A DNA stretch of 64,000 bases from Planctomycetota bacterium (GTDB taxonomy: Bacteria; Planctomycetota; PLA2; JAEUHO01), in the NCBI GenBank assembly GCA_030066775.1, contig JASJAY010000003.1, positions 53 to 64,052 on the forward strand, read 5' to 3'. The notes below the pieces were generated by a model. That model saw nothing but the letters and a program-made list of their open reading frames with translations, did no database searches and was not told where the DNA came from. Numbering within the stretch: position 1 is the first letter of the stretch; the number at the start of each line of letters is the position of its first letter. Of the stretch, positions 43,697 to 53,538 are shown in pieces. The translations under genes were made by a program, and so were the position numbers.

Positions 43697-44719
43697 CTAG
43701 ACGGCGGCCGCCGGCTCCATGTCCGCGGTGTACGCGCCCGAGCGCGCGGCGCCGTTGCAGCGCGCGCGATGCAGGTACGCCGCCTGCGCGGCCGGCACGT
43801 TCGCAGGCTCGCCGCCCCACGCCTTGAGCGCGGGCGCCTGCAGGGCACGGCCGTACGAGAAGCTGAGCTCCCACGGCTGCGGGCCCATGGCGTTCATGGC
43901 CGACAGGTGCGCGCTCGCCAGCTCGTCGCTCTGGCCGCCGGACAGGAACACGATGCCCGGCACTGCGGCCGGGACGACCCGGCGGAAGCAGCGCACGGTG
44001 CGCTCGGCCACCTCCTGCACGTCGGCCTGGTCGGCGCACTCCGTGCCGGAGAGGACCATGTTGGGCTTCAGCAGGATGCCTTCGAGCAAGACGCCCTGGT
44101 CGTACAGCGCCGTGAAGGTGCGCTGCAGCGTCCGCGTGGTGACGTCCTCACAGCGCTGGGCGTCGTGCGGACCGTCCATGAGCACCTCGGGCTCCACGAT
44201 CGGGACGAGGCCGCACTCCTGGCTGATCTTGGCGTAGCGCGCCAGGGCGTGGGCGTTGGTGTCGATGCAGTAGTCCGTCGGGATGCCGTCGGCGATCGTG
44301 ATGACCGCGCGCCACTTGGCGAAGCGGGCGCCCAGGTCGTAGTACTCCGAGCAGCGCTCGCGGAGGCCGTCGAGGCCCTCGGTGACCTTCTCCCCGTTCG
44401 CGCCGGAAAGCGACTTCGCGCCCTTGTCGACCTTGATGCCGGGGATGATGCCCTGGTCGTTCAGCACGTTCACGAAGGGCACGCCGTCGGCGCTCGACTG
44501 GCGCAGCGTCTCGTCGAAGAGGATCACGCCGCTGACGTGGTCCGCCGCACCGTCGGTGCTGAACAGCATGCCGCGGTAGTCGCGGCGGTTGGCCTCGGTC
44601 GACTCGACGTTGATGGAGTCGAACCGCTTCTTGATCGTCCCGCTGCTCTCGTCGGCTGCCAGGATGCCCTTGCCCTCGGCCACCAAGGCCCGGGCCGTCT
44701 GCTTCAGCTCCGCACTCAT
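43697..44719 (-). CDS. Class I fructose-bisphosphate aldolase (eukaryote-like family)
   Basis: KGILAADES, GIKVDKG, FAKWR, VPIVEPE, LLKPNMV, FLSGGQS, FSYGRALQ. Confidence 0.95.
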   Translation of the reverse strand: MSAELKQTARALVAEGKGILAADESSGTIKKRFDSINVESTEANRRDYRGMLFSTDGAADHVSGVILFDETLRQSSADGVPFVNVLNDQGIIPGIKVDKGAKSLSGANGEKVTEGLDGLRERCSEYYDLGARFAKWRAVITIADGIPTDYCIDTNAHALARYAKISQECGLVPIVEPEVLMDGPHDAQRCEDVTTRTLQRTFTALYDQGVLLEGILLKPNMVLSGTECADQADVQEVAERTVRCFRRVVPAAVPGIVFLSGGQSDELASAHLSAMNAMGPQPWELSFSYGRALQAPALKAWGGEPANVPAAQAAYLHRARCNGAARSGAYTADMEPAAAV

Positions 44720-44926
44720 TGCTTCCTCTCCGATGCAAATGGGGCCGCATGGTACCCCCCGGGCGCAACCGGGTCCGAGGGGCGCCCCGGCGCTCGGGCC
44801 CGGTTCCGGCGAAGTCGCCCGGAACACGGCAGGCTTGCGGGGCCGGCCCGTCGGATATGCTTACGCGCGCCTGGCTTCCCGGCCGGCCGGATGGGGATTC
44901 CATAAAGTCTGTCGTAGGAGAACCGG

Positions 44927-45499
44927 ATGACCGTAGCCGTCCTCGCGTCCCTCGGGCTGATCCTGGGGATCGTCGGCGTGATCGTGGTCGTGGTCCTGTA
45001 TTTCATCGGGATCTACAACGGCCTGGTCAGGGCCCGCAACGAGACGAAGAACGCCTGGTCGCAGATCGACGTCCAGCTGAAGCGTCGCCACGACCTCATT
45101 CCCAACCTGGTCGAGACCGTCAAGGGCTACGCCAAGCACGAGGCCGAGACGCTCGAGGCGGTGATCTCGGCGCGCAACGCGGCGGTCAGCGCCGAAGGCC
45201 CGAAGGCGGCCGGCGCGGCCGAGGGCATGCTGAGCGCCGCGCTCGGCAAGCTCTTCGCGCTCTCCGAGGCGTATCCGGACCTCAAGGCCAACACCAACTT
45301 CCTCGCGCTGCAGGAAGAGCTGACGTCGACCGAGAACAAGATCGGGTTCGCGCGGCAGGCGTACAACGACGCCGCCACGACCTACAACAACAAGCGCGAG
45401 GTCTTCCCCGCGAACCTCATCAGCGGCGGCTTCGAGGAAGCCGAGCTGTTCGAGATCGAGGCGCCCGCCGAGCGCGAGGTTCCGAAGGTCGAGTTCTAG
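44927..45499 (+). CDS. lemA: LemA family protein
   Basis: YNGLV, AWSQIDVQLKRRHDLIPNLV, EAYPDLKAN. Confidence 0.95.
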   Translation: MTVAVLASLGLILGIVGVIVVVVLYFIGIYNGLVRARNETKNAWSQIDVQLKRRHDLIPNLVETVKGYAKHEAETLEAVISARNAAVSAEGPKAAGAAEGMLSAALGKLFALSEAYPDLKANTNFLALQEELTSTENKIGFARQAYNDAATTYNNKREVFPANLISGGFEEAELFEIEAPAEREVPKVEF

Positions 45500-45517
45500 C
45501 GCCAGGAGCACGTTCCC

Positions 45518-46735
45518 GTGTGGGAGCAGATCCGGTCCAACAAGATCCGCAGCGTGGTCGTGATCACGCTGATGGGCTCGCTGCTCGCCCTGACGGGCAT
45601 CGCGGCAGGCGTCGCCTTCGGCGGCTCCCTGGATGCGGGCTTCGTCGGGGGCGGGATCGGGCTGCTGCTGTGGTTCTTCATGTGGATGGGGACCGTGCAG
45701 AGCGGCGACAAGGTGATGCTGCGCATCGCCGGCGCGCGTGAGATCGAGCGCAAGGACCATCCGCAGCTCTGGAACATCGTCGAGGAGATGACGATCGCGT
45801 CGCGGCTACCGCAGATGCCGCGCGTCTTCATCGTGGACGACCCTTCGCCCAACGCGTTCGCCACCGGACGCGATCCGAAGTGGGCCGGCGTCAGCGTCAC
45901 GACCGGGCTCCTGCGCATCCTCGACCGCGACGAGCTGCAGGGTGTCGTCGCGCACGAGATCGGGCACATCAAGAACCGCGACGTGGCGCTCATGACGACC
46001 GCGGGCGTGATGATGGGCTGCATCGTGATCCTGGCGGAGCGTGCGCTCCGCCTGCTCTGGTACACGGGCGGTACACGGCGCTCGCGTACGTCGGGGAGCG
46101 ACAGCAAGGGCGGCGCCGAGGCCGTGGCGATGGTGATCGCCTTGATCCTGCTGGTCCTCGCGCCGCTCCTGGCCCAGCTGATCTACTTCGCGCTGTCGCG
46201 CAAGCGCGAGTACCTGGCCGACGCCTCCGGCGCGATGTTCACGCGCTACCCGGAGGGCCTGGCGCGCGCGCTCGAGAAGCTCGGGGGCTCGCGCGTGGCG
46301 CTTGCCGACGAGAGCCGCGTGACCGCGCCGATGTACATCGTGCGGCCGAAGGCGCGCTCGGCGTCCGGGGGCAGCAAGGCGTCGCTGTTCGCCACGCACC
46401 CTCCGATCCAGGAGCGCGTGCGCATCCTGCGTGAGATGGGCGGCGGTGCGGGCCTCGCGGCCTACGAGACCGCGTACGCCAAGGTGCACGGCGGCTCGGT
46501 CGTGGGCGCGCGCTCGCTGGCCGGCGCGGAGGCGCTGACCGTGCGCGAGGCGTCGGCCGCGGTCGACACGACCAGCGAGCGGGCGCGCGCGCGAACGGCG
46601 TCCAACGCGTTCATCTCCGCATCGGGCTACGTGCGCAAGGAGTGCGGCGCGTGCGGCGCCGTCTTGAAGATCCCGCCGAGCGTCGCCGACCGCATGACCA
46701 AGTGCCTGCGCTGCGACACGCCCCTGCCGTCGTGA
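45518..46735 (+). CDS. htpX: HtpX-like M48 zinc metalloprotease with C-terminal zinc ribbon
   Basis: PNAFATG, AHEIGH, SRKREYLAD, FATHPP; C-terminal CGAC...CLRC. Confidence 0.9.
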   Translation: MWEQIRSNKIRSVVVITLMGSLLALTGIAAGVAFGGSLDAGFVGGGIGLLLWFFMWMGTVQSGDKVMLRIAGAREIERKDHPQLWNIVEEMTIASRLPQMPRVFIVDDPSPNAFATGRDPKWAGVSVTTGLLRILDRDELQGVVAHEIGHIKNRDVALMTTAGVMMGCIVILAERALRLLWYTGGTRRSRTSGSDSKGGAEAVAMVIALILLVLAPLLAQLIYFALSRKREYLADASGAMFTRYPEGLARALEKLGGSRVALADESRVTAPMYIVRPKARSASGGSKASLFATHPPIQERVRILREMGGGAGLAAYETAYAKVHGGSVVGARSLAGAEALTVREASAAVDTTSERARARTASNAFISASGYVRKECGACGAVLKIPPSVADRMTKCLRCDTPLPS

Positions 46736-46741
46736 GCCCCG

Positions 46742-47983
46742 CTAGGGCTTGGTGACGCGGCCCATGAACAGGATCGCGCCCGTCTGCTGGTGACGGATCA
46801 CGAACACGAACGGGTGGTCCGCGTCGAAGACGATCGGCTTCTCCGGCTGCGCAGGGCGCCCGCCCTTGCGCATGATCACGACCGTCGCGGCAGCGGCCTC
46901 GGTGCCTTCTTCGTCGACCCCGACGAATGCCTTGTGCAGGACGGCGCCGATGAAGAGCCGCTCCTTCTTCGTCATGCCGGAGAAGTCGGCCGTGCGTGCA
47001 TTGAACGCAGACGGCATGCCCAGGTTGCTGAGGACCCGGGTGAGCTCCTTGCTCGTCGTGAACTCGAACTTCGGGAACCGTACGTCCACGAGGCGGCTCT
47101 GGAGCTTCCCGCTCCAGCCGGCGAGGTCCTGCTTCATGAGCCGGTTCTCGAGCGTGGCGAGGCCGTCTTCCGCGCGGGGCAGGAACACGGCCATGGAGAG
47201 CTGATTGCCACGGTAGGGCAGCTCGAGGATCTGCACGCCGTCCAGCTCGGCGTGGCGGTAGCGCCCGACGCGGCGCATGAAGTCCGCCTTGGACGTGGTC
47301 CCGTCGAGGGCGGTGAACGCGTCCTCCTTGGTGAGGTGCTTCTTGAACGGATGCAGCCAGGGCGCCTTCAGGTAGATCGCGTTCGCCAGCACGAGCCGCG
47401 TGAGCGGGTCCGGCATGTCGGGCGGCACGATGTCCTGGATCTTGTCGCGTGTCTTCTTGGCGACCCAGTCGTTGATGCGCTTGCGCGCGGCGGCGCTCTG
47501 CGCGAAGTCGATGCGCGCCAGCGGCGCGCCGTAGTCCGTTTTCAGGGCGCTGATGAACGGCGCCTCGAAGTCGAAGCCCGTCTGGCCCCACAGCGCGTTG
47601 GCGACCTCGATGTCGTAGGCGGGGACCTGCTTCGCGTCCTTGCCAAAGCCCTCACGCACCTGGCGCGGCGTCAGCGCCTCGAGCAGGGCCTGGTAGCCGG
47701 CGCCGCGGGCTACGCCTTCGAGGAACAGGACCCGATCCATCTCCTTCGCCGTGTCGCCGCGTGCCCCCTCGCGGGTCATCGCCAGGGCCGCGTGCACCGA
47801 GTAGGGCGAGACGAAGAGGTTGCCCTCCTCCGCACGCAGCTGCTCGTACAGGCTCCACGCGAACCGGTCGTTGGCTGCCGCCATCGTGGCCGCCTCGTCC
47901 TGCTCGACATCTTCGCCCTGGGCGGGCGCGATCGGTGCCAGGAGGAGCGCGGCGAAGAGCAGCAGATGGACGCAGGACTTCAT
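46742..47983 (-). CDS. Secreted serpin
   Basis: ATG 47983; signal peptide; NLFVSPYS, LVLANAIYLKA.W, hinge EEGTEAAAAT, FDADHPF, ILFMGRV. Confidence 0.95.
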   Translation of the reverse strand: MKSCVHLLLFAALLLAPIAPAQGEDVEQDEAATMAAANDRFAWSLYEQLRAEEGNLFVSPYSVHAALAMTREGARGDTAKEMDRVLFLEGVARGAGYQALLEALTPRQVREGFGKDAKQVPAYDIEVANALWGQTGFDFEAPFISALKTDYGAPLARIDFAQSAAARKRINDWVAKKTRDKIQDIVPPDMPDPLTRLVLANAIYLKAPWLHPFKKHLTKEDAFTALDGTTSKADFMRRVGRYRHAELDGVQILELPYRGNQLSMAVFLPRAEDGLATLENRLMKQDLAGWSGKLQSRLVDVRFPKFEFTTSKELTRVLSNLGMPSAFNARTADFSGMTKKERLFIGAVLHKAFVGVDEEGTEAAAATVVIMRKGGRPAQPEKPIVFDADHPFVFVIRHQQTGAILFMGRVTKP

Positions 47984-48246
47984 GGCAGGGCCTCCATGTC
48001 GCCACGACGGCGCACTCCGTTCGAACCGCTTCGCAGCCGGGAGTTCCGAGCGTCCGCCGGTAATCATGTTTCCAGTCGCTGCCCGCCGAGCCCGGCCCGC
48101 GCGTCTGCCATGCCAGGACCCGCTGGGGGTCGATGGGCCGCTTGGGCCCCACGGATTGCGGGCAGCGCCCCCTCGGGGCGCGAGGACGAATCGGACGGGG
48201 CCTGCCGAGCTCCGGATTCGCATTTGCTGCCCTGCGAGGCGGGCGT

Positions 48247-51200
48247 ATGCGGAGCAGGCGAGCGTGGGCTGTCCTTCTCGTCGTGACCCTGGGAGCGGGG
48301 CACGTCGCGGCCGATCCCGTGCTCGACGCAGCCGAGCAGGCGATCGTGGCGGCCCGCGCGAACGACACCCTCCGCTTGCGCATGCTGGCCCGCGCCGATC
48401 GGCCCGACCCCTGGCTCGTGGCCGAGGAGCTCATCCTGCGTGGCGAGGAGGCAGCGGCGACCGCCCTGGCCGCGCACGCCGACCTGCCTGATGTGAAGGC
48501 GCTCGCGACCTACGTGGCGCAGCGCGAGCCGCCGACCTCGAAGGGCTCTGGTCGGCCCTGCTTCCTCGAGGCGGTGCGCGCCCTCGAAGACGGACGACAC
48601 GAAGACGCGTTGGCGCGGCTGCAGGGAACCGGCGGCTCGAACGACGACGTGGCGTCGGCCGTCGTGCTCTACGCTCGCGGGGTCGCCCAGCTGCGCCTGA
48701 AGCAGTGTGCCATCGCCTCGTTCGCGGACGCTGCAGCGACGGCCGAGCGGATCGGCTGGCTTCGCATGGCAAGCCGCGGCTATCGCGCCGCGGTCCATCA
48801 TGCGCTCACGCACGGCCGGTTGGATGCCGCACGCCACGGTGCACGGCAGCTGCTCGCCCTCGGCAAGCGGCGTGCGCATCCGGGCACATCCGCCCATGCT
48901 CACGAGCAGCTCGCGATCGTGGCCCGGCGTGCGGGCGACGCAACGGGAGCCACGGCGTGTCTCGAGGAAGCGCTGCATGCGCACAAGCGCGCGAGCGACA
49001 ACGCGGGACGCGCGCGCTGCCTGGCGCGCCTCGGTGATCTAAATCTGGCGGCTGGACGGCTCGAGGTCGCGGAGCGCTCTTTCGTGGAGTCCGTCGCGCT
49101 TGCGAAGCGCGCGAAACAGACTGGTATCGAGGCGCGCGGCCGACGCGGCGCAGCGATCGTGCTCGCCCGACTGGGCAGCCTCGACAAGGCGGAGATGGAG
49201 CTCCGTTCGGCGCTGGAGCTAGCGAAGGCCGCCGGCCTCGATGACCTGCGCGGCGAGGTGCTGGCCGACCTCGGCACCGTGCTCCTCCAACAGGGGCAGT
49301 ACAGCAGGGCCCTCGCGTGCGCAGACGAGGGCGTCGAGGTGCTGCGCACGCTCGGATCGCGCGAGGAGCTGGCGACCGTCCTCATGAACGTGGGCGTGAC
49401 GCACGCCAGCCTCGGCAAGCACGAGGTCGCATTGCGCCACCTCGAGGAGGCGCGCACGCTGTCAGCGTCTCTCGGTGATTCGCCGCGTCAGGCCCGCATC
49501 CTCTCGAACATCGGCGTGATCCACGCTGCGCTCGGTGATCTCGACGAGGCACTCGCATGCCAGCAGCGCGCCTCGGGCATAGCGGCCAAGACAGGCGACG
49601 CATCCAGCCGGGCGTTGGTGTTCACACGCATCGGACACGTGCAGGGGCAGCGTGGCGACTACGCAGAAGCGATCGCCATGCATGAGCGCGCCTTGGCCAT
49701 CAAGCGCACGCTGAAGGACCGCTTGGGAGAGGCCATCTCCCTCGAGTCCCTGGGCACCCTGCACCAGCAGCTGGGGCACTTTGCGGACGCCGAGGCCCGT
49801 CAACGCGAGGCGCTCTACGTGGCCGAGCGCATCGCGGCCCGAGACGTCGCTGCGCGAGCGCACTGGGGGCTCGCAGAGCTCGCCCTCCTGTCGGCGGATC
49901 CCGAACGCGCCCTGGCCAGCGCGCGGAAGAGCGTCGAGGCCCTGCCGGCCCTGGCGCGTGGCCTGTTCGACGAGCAGGGCGCGCATGCGCGCGAGCGCTG
50001 GGCGGGTGTCTACGACGTCGGCATGTGTGCCGCGGCCACGCTCGACGACGTCGATGCATTCACGTGGTTCCTCGAGCGACAGCGGAGCGCCACCCTGCTC
50101 GAGTCGCTCGGTGCGCGCGAAGCGTTGGAGCGCGCGACCGTTCCGCCGGCCCTCTTCACTGCGCTGAGCAATGCGCGCGAGGTGGAGGCCCGGCGCTTGC
50201 GAGCGCATCGCGACGCGCAGGAGACCGGGCGTCGCCGGCAATCCCGCAAGACGCGGCGGGCGCTGCAGAGCGCACGCCAGGCTTTGGTCGAAGCCCGCGA
50301 GCGCATCACCCTCCGCATGGCCGCGAAGGCGCCCTTCCTGTCCGCCGAGCCGGCGTCCGCGGCAGAGCTGCGTCGTCTCATGCGGCCGGGGGATGCGCTC
50401 GTGCTGTACGCGCTGCTTCCCGACCACGCCTATGCCGTCGTGGTCACGACCCGGGGGCTCACGCTCCATTCGCTCGGTCCGGCGCGCACGCTGGTGGAAG
50501 CCTGCAGTGGGCTCGACGATCAATGCCGCGGTCAGCTGAGCGAGGCGTGCATCGGCCGCTTCCGGAAGCTGCTGATCGAGCCGCTCGAGCTCGGCAAGCG
50601 CGTGAAGCGCCTAATCGTGTCGCCGGACGGCGCGCTCTGCGCCGTTCCGTTCGCGCTCCTGGTGCCCGAGGTGGACGTCTCCCACGTGTCGTCGGGCACG
50701 ACCTACGGTTGGCTGCGCAAAGCGAACCGCTCCACGCGGCGTGGCCGCGGCGTGCTCGCCCTGGGGCGGCCCGTCTACGGTCCGATGGAGGTTGCGCAGG
50801 ATCCGGGACCCGACGGGGCGCAGCGCGGACCAGTTCGCAAGGCGCATCCGGCCGGGCTGCTGCCGCCGCTCGAGGGCTCGGCCATCGAAGCGCGATCGGT
50901 CGGCGACATGGTGCTGACGGACGAAGACGCCACGGAAGACGCGCTGCAGGCGGCGCTGCTCGCACGCGAGCGTTGGCGCGCGCTGCATCTCGCCTGCCAT
51001 GGGCTCGTCGACTTCGATCGCCCGCTCTTCTCGTCGCTGGCGCTGACGCCCAACGCCTACGGCGACGGGCTGCTCACGACGCTCGACGTGTTCAGCATGC
51101 GTGTGCCGGCGGACCTCGTCGTGCTGAGCGCGTGCGAGACGGGCCGGGGTCGCCTGATGCGCACCGAAGGGGTGTTCGGGTTCACGCGTGCGTTCATGGT

Positions 51201-51426
51201 GGCCGGCGCCCCGCGGGTGATCGTGAGCCTCTGGAAGGTCGATGACGAAGCCACCCGGGCGCTGATGCAGCGGTTCTACGCGCACTGGAATCCGGGCAAC
51301 GGCGAGCGCCGCGGCCTCGCCGCCGCTCGCGCCTTGCGCCTTGCACAGGCAGACGTGCGCGCGGATCCCCGTTGGGCAGATCCGTACTACTGGGCTGCGT
51401 GGCAGCTCTGGGGGCTCCCCGACTAG
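48247..51426 (+). CDS. TPR-repeat CHAT-domain (caspase-like) protease
   Basis: Signal-like N-terminus; TPRs; IVSPDG.L, LHLACHG and VVLSACETG (His-Cys dyad), VSLWKV, PYYWAAW. Confidence 0.9.
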   Translation: MRSRRAWAVLLVVTLGAGHVAADPVLDAAEQAIVAARANDTLRLRMLARADRPDPWLVAEELILRGEEAAATALAAHADLPDVKALATYVAQREPPTSKGSGRPCFLEAVRALEDGRHEDALARLQGTGGSNDDVASAVVLYARGVAQLRLKQCAIASFADAAATAERIGWLRMASRGYRAAVHHALTHGRLDAARHGARQLLALGKRRAHPGTSAHAHEQLAIVARRAGDATGATACLEEALHAHKRASDNAGRARCLARLGDLNLAAGRLEVAERSFVESVALAKRAKQTGIEARGRRGAAIVLARLGSLDKAEMELRSALELAKAAGLDDLRGEVLADLGTVLLQQGQYSRALACADEGVEVLRTLGSREELATVLMNVGVTHASLGKHEVALRHLEEARTLSASLGDSPRQARILSNIGVIHAALGDLDEALACQQRASGIAAKTGDASSRALVFTRIGHVQGQRGDYAEAIAMHERALAIKRTLKDRLGEAISLESLGTLHQQLGHFADAEARQREALYVAERIAARDVAARAHWGLAELALLSADPERALASARKSVEALPALARGLFDEQGAHARERWAGVYDVGMCAAATLDDVDAFTWFLERQRSATLLESLGAREALERATVPPALFTALSNAREVEARRLRAHRDAQETGRRRQSRKTRRALQSARQALVEARERITLRMAAKAPFLSAEPASAAELRRLMRPGDALVLYALLPDHAYAVVVTTRGLTLHSLGPARTLVEACSGLDDQCRGQLSEACIGRFRKLLIEPLELGKRVKRLIVSPDGALCAVPFALLVPEVDVSHVSSGTTYGWLRKANRSTRRGRGVLALGRPVYGPMEVAQDPGPDGAQRGPVRKAHPAGLLPPLEGSAIEARSVGDMVLTDEDATEDALQAALLARERWRALHLACHGLVDFDRPLFSSLALTPNAYGDGLLTTLDVFSMRVPADLVVLSACETGRGRLMRTEGVFGFTRAFMVAGAPRVIVSLWKVDDEATRALMQRFYAHWNPGNGERRGLAAARALRLAQADVRADPRWADPYYWAAWQLWGLPD

Positions 51427-51512
51427 CCGGCGCCCGCCGTTCCGCGGAGGGTGACGTGATCCGGTCCGCGCGGACGATGGAGTGCGATCCGAGGCCGCCT
51501 ATGCTCCTCGGC

Positions 51513-52796
51513 ATGCATCCCCTCGTCTCCGACCTGCTTGCCTACATCGATGCCTCGCCGACGCCCTACCACGCGGTGGCGGAAACCAGCCGGCGGCTCG
51601 AGGCCGCCGGGTACGCGCGCCTCGACGAGGGCGCGGCGTGGACGGTCGAGCCCGGTCAGCGCGGCCTGGTCGTCCGAGGCGGCAGCCTGATCGCCTTCGA
51701 GCGCGGGAGCCAGGACCCCGTCGAGGCGGGCTTCCGCCTGATCGGGGCGCACACGGACAGCCCCAACCTCCGCATCAAGCCGAACCCCGAGCGCACGGAG
51801 TACGGGATCCGGATCCTCGCCGCGGAGCCGTACGGCGGCGTGCTGCTGCATACCTGGCTCGACCGCGACCTGGGCCTGGCCGGCCGGGTGGTGGTCCGGG
51901 ACGCGGGCGGTGGAACGCGCACGGCGCTGGTGCGGATCGATCGCCCGATCCTGCGCGTGCCCAACCTCGCGATCCACCTGCAGCGCGAGCTCCGCACCGA
52001 AGGGCTCAAGCTCAATCGTCAGGATCACATGTCGCCCTTCTTCGGACTCTCGGGGCAGACGACGCTCGAGAGCGTGCTGCGGGATGCGATCGATGGGGAG
52101 GCCGGCGAGATCCTCTCGTGGGACCTGATGGTGTTCGACCTGACGCCCTCGAGCGTGGGCGGCGTGGATGACGCGTTCGTCTTCGCGCCGCGGCTGGACA
52201 ACCTCGCGTCGTGCCATGCGGGTCTCGCAGCGTTGACGACGGGGGGCGCCGGCGAGGTGCCGGCGTTCACGCGCGTGCTGGCGCTCTGGGACCACGAGGA
52301 GGTGGGCAGCCGGACGGCCTCGGGCGCGGGCGGGCCGTTCCTGCGGGACGTCCTGGAACGTCTGACGGCCCCCGGCGAGGCGTACGCGCGCGCCGTGTCG
52401 CGCTCGGCGCTCGTGTCCGCCGACATGGCGCACGCGGTCCATCCGCACTTCGCCGCACGCCACGATCCCCAGCACATGCCCAAGCTGGGCCAGGGACCCG
52501 TGATCAAGGTGAACACGAACCAGTCGTACGCGAGCGACGCGGAGACGATCGCGCTCTTCGCCGCCCTGTGCGACGACGTCGGCGTGGCCTACCAGCGATT
52601 CGTGAACCGCTCGGACCTCGCGTGCGGATCCACGATCGGTCCGATCACGGCGACGCGGCTCGGGATCCCGACCGTCGACGTGGGCAACCCGATGCTGTCG
52701 ATGCACAGCGCGCGCGAGATGTCGGCTGCCGATGACGTCGAGCCGATGGTGCGCGTGATGCGTGCGTTCTACGGAACGCAGGAGGATCCGGCATGA
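51513..52796 (+). CDS. M18-family aminopeptidase
   Basis: ASPTPYHAV, GAHTDSP, RLDNL, DHEEVGS, SADMAH, CGSTIGP, LSMHSARE. Confidence 0.95.
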   Translation: MHPLVSDLLAYIDASPTPYHAVAETSRRLEAAGYARLDEGAAWTVEPGQRGLVVRGGSLIAFERGSQDPVEAGFRLIGAHTDSPNLRIKPNPERTEYGIRILAAEPYGGVLLHTWLDRDLGLAGRVVVRDAGGGTRTALVRIDRPILRVPNLAIHLQRELRTEGLKLNRQDHMSPFFGLSGQTTLESVLRDAIDGEAGEILSWDLMVFDLTPSSVGGVDDAFVFAPRLDNLASCHAGLAALTTGGAGEVPAFTRVLALWDHEEVGSRTASGAGGPFLRDVLERLTAPGEAYARAVSRSALVSADMAHAVHPHFAARHDPQHMPKLGQGPVIKVNTNQSYASDAETIALFAALCDDVGVAYQRFVNRSDLACGSTIGPITATRLGIPTVDVGNPMLSMHSAREMSAADDVEPMVRVMRAFYGTQEDPA

Positions 52797-53461
52797 GCGA
52801 CCTTCATCCTTCGACCGCGCGCGTGCGCGACATCTTCGACGACTGGGCCAGGCGGGGCCGCGCCGAGGGCATGGAGACCGGGCACGGTCCGAGTGCACGT
52901 GCCGGGATCGAGCATCTGGACCTGGGTGAGGGCAGCCACTACCTCGACATCGGATGTGGCAACGGCTACACGCTGCGCTGGGTGTCCGCCGGCGTGGGCG
53001 CGGACGGGCGAGCCGTCGGGATCGACGTTGCCCCCGCGATGGTCGAGCGGGCGCGTGCGTTGTCGTCCGCCTTCGAGAACGTCGAGGTGCTGCTGACGGC
53101 CTTTCCCGCGCATCCGTTCGAGGCGGGGACGTTCGACGGCATCTTCTCGATGGAGGTCCTCTACTACCTGCCGGACCTTCCGGGTGCGCTGGCGGAGATC
53201 CGTCAGCTGCTGAAGCCCGGGGGGCGCTTCGCGTGCGTGGTCGACTACTACGCCGAGAACCCCGAGAGCCACGACTGGCCCGAGCAGCTGGGCTGCGACA
53301 TGGCGCTCTTGAGCGAAGCCGAGTGGGGGGCGGCCTTCGAGGCCGCCGGGCTCGAGGTGGTGGCCCAGGAGCGGGTCCGCTATCCGCTCGCGGAGGGCGC
53401 CGAGCCGGGCTGGAAGCAGACGATCGGCTCGCTCCTCACCGTAGGCCAGCGCCCCTCCTGA
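52793..53461 (+). CDS. Class I SAM-dependent methyltransferase
   Basis: LDIGCGNG, GIDVAPAM, FSMEVLYY, LLKPGG. Confidence 0.92.
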   Translation: MSDLHPSTARVRDIFDDWARRGRAEGMETGHGPSARAGIEHLDLGEGSHYLDIGCGNGYTLRWVSAGVGADGRAVGIDVAPAMVERARALSSAFENVEVLLTAFPAHPFEAGTFDGIFSMEVLYYLPDLPGALAEIRQLLKPGGRFACVVDYYAENPESHDWPEQLGCDMALLSEAEWGAAFEAAGLEVVAQERVRYPLAEGAEPGWKQTIGSLLTVGQRPS

Positions 53462-53538
53462 GCCCTATTTGTTGGGATTTGGGCCCGATCTGGGGTCCAG
53501 GTCGGGCGACTGTCGGACCTGATCGTTAGTGTATTGTT

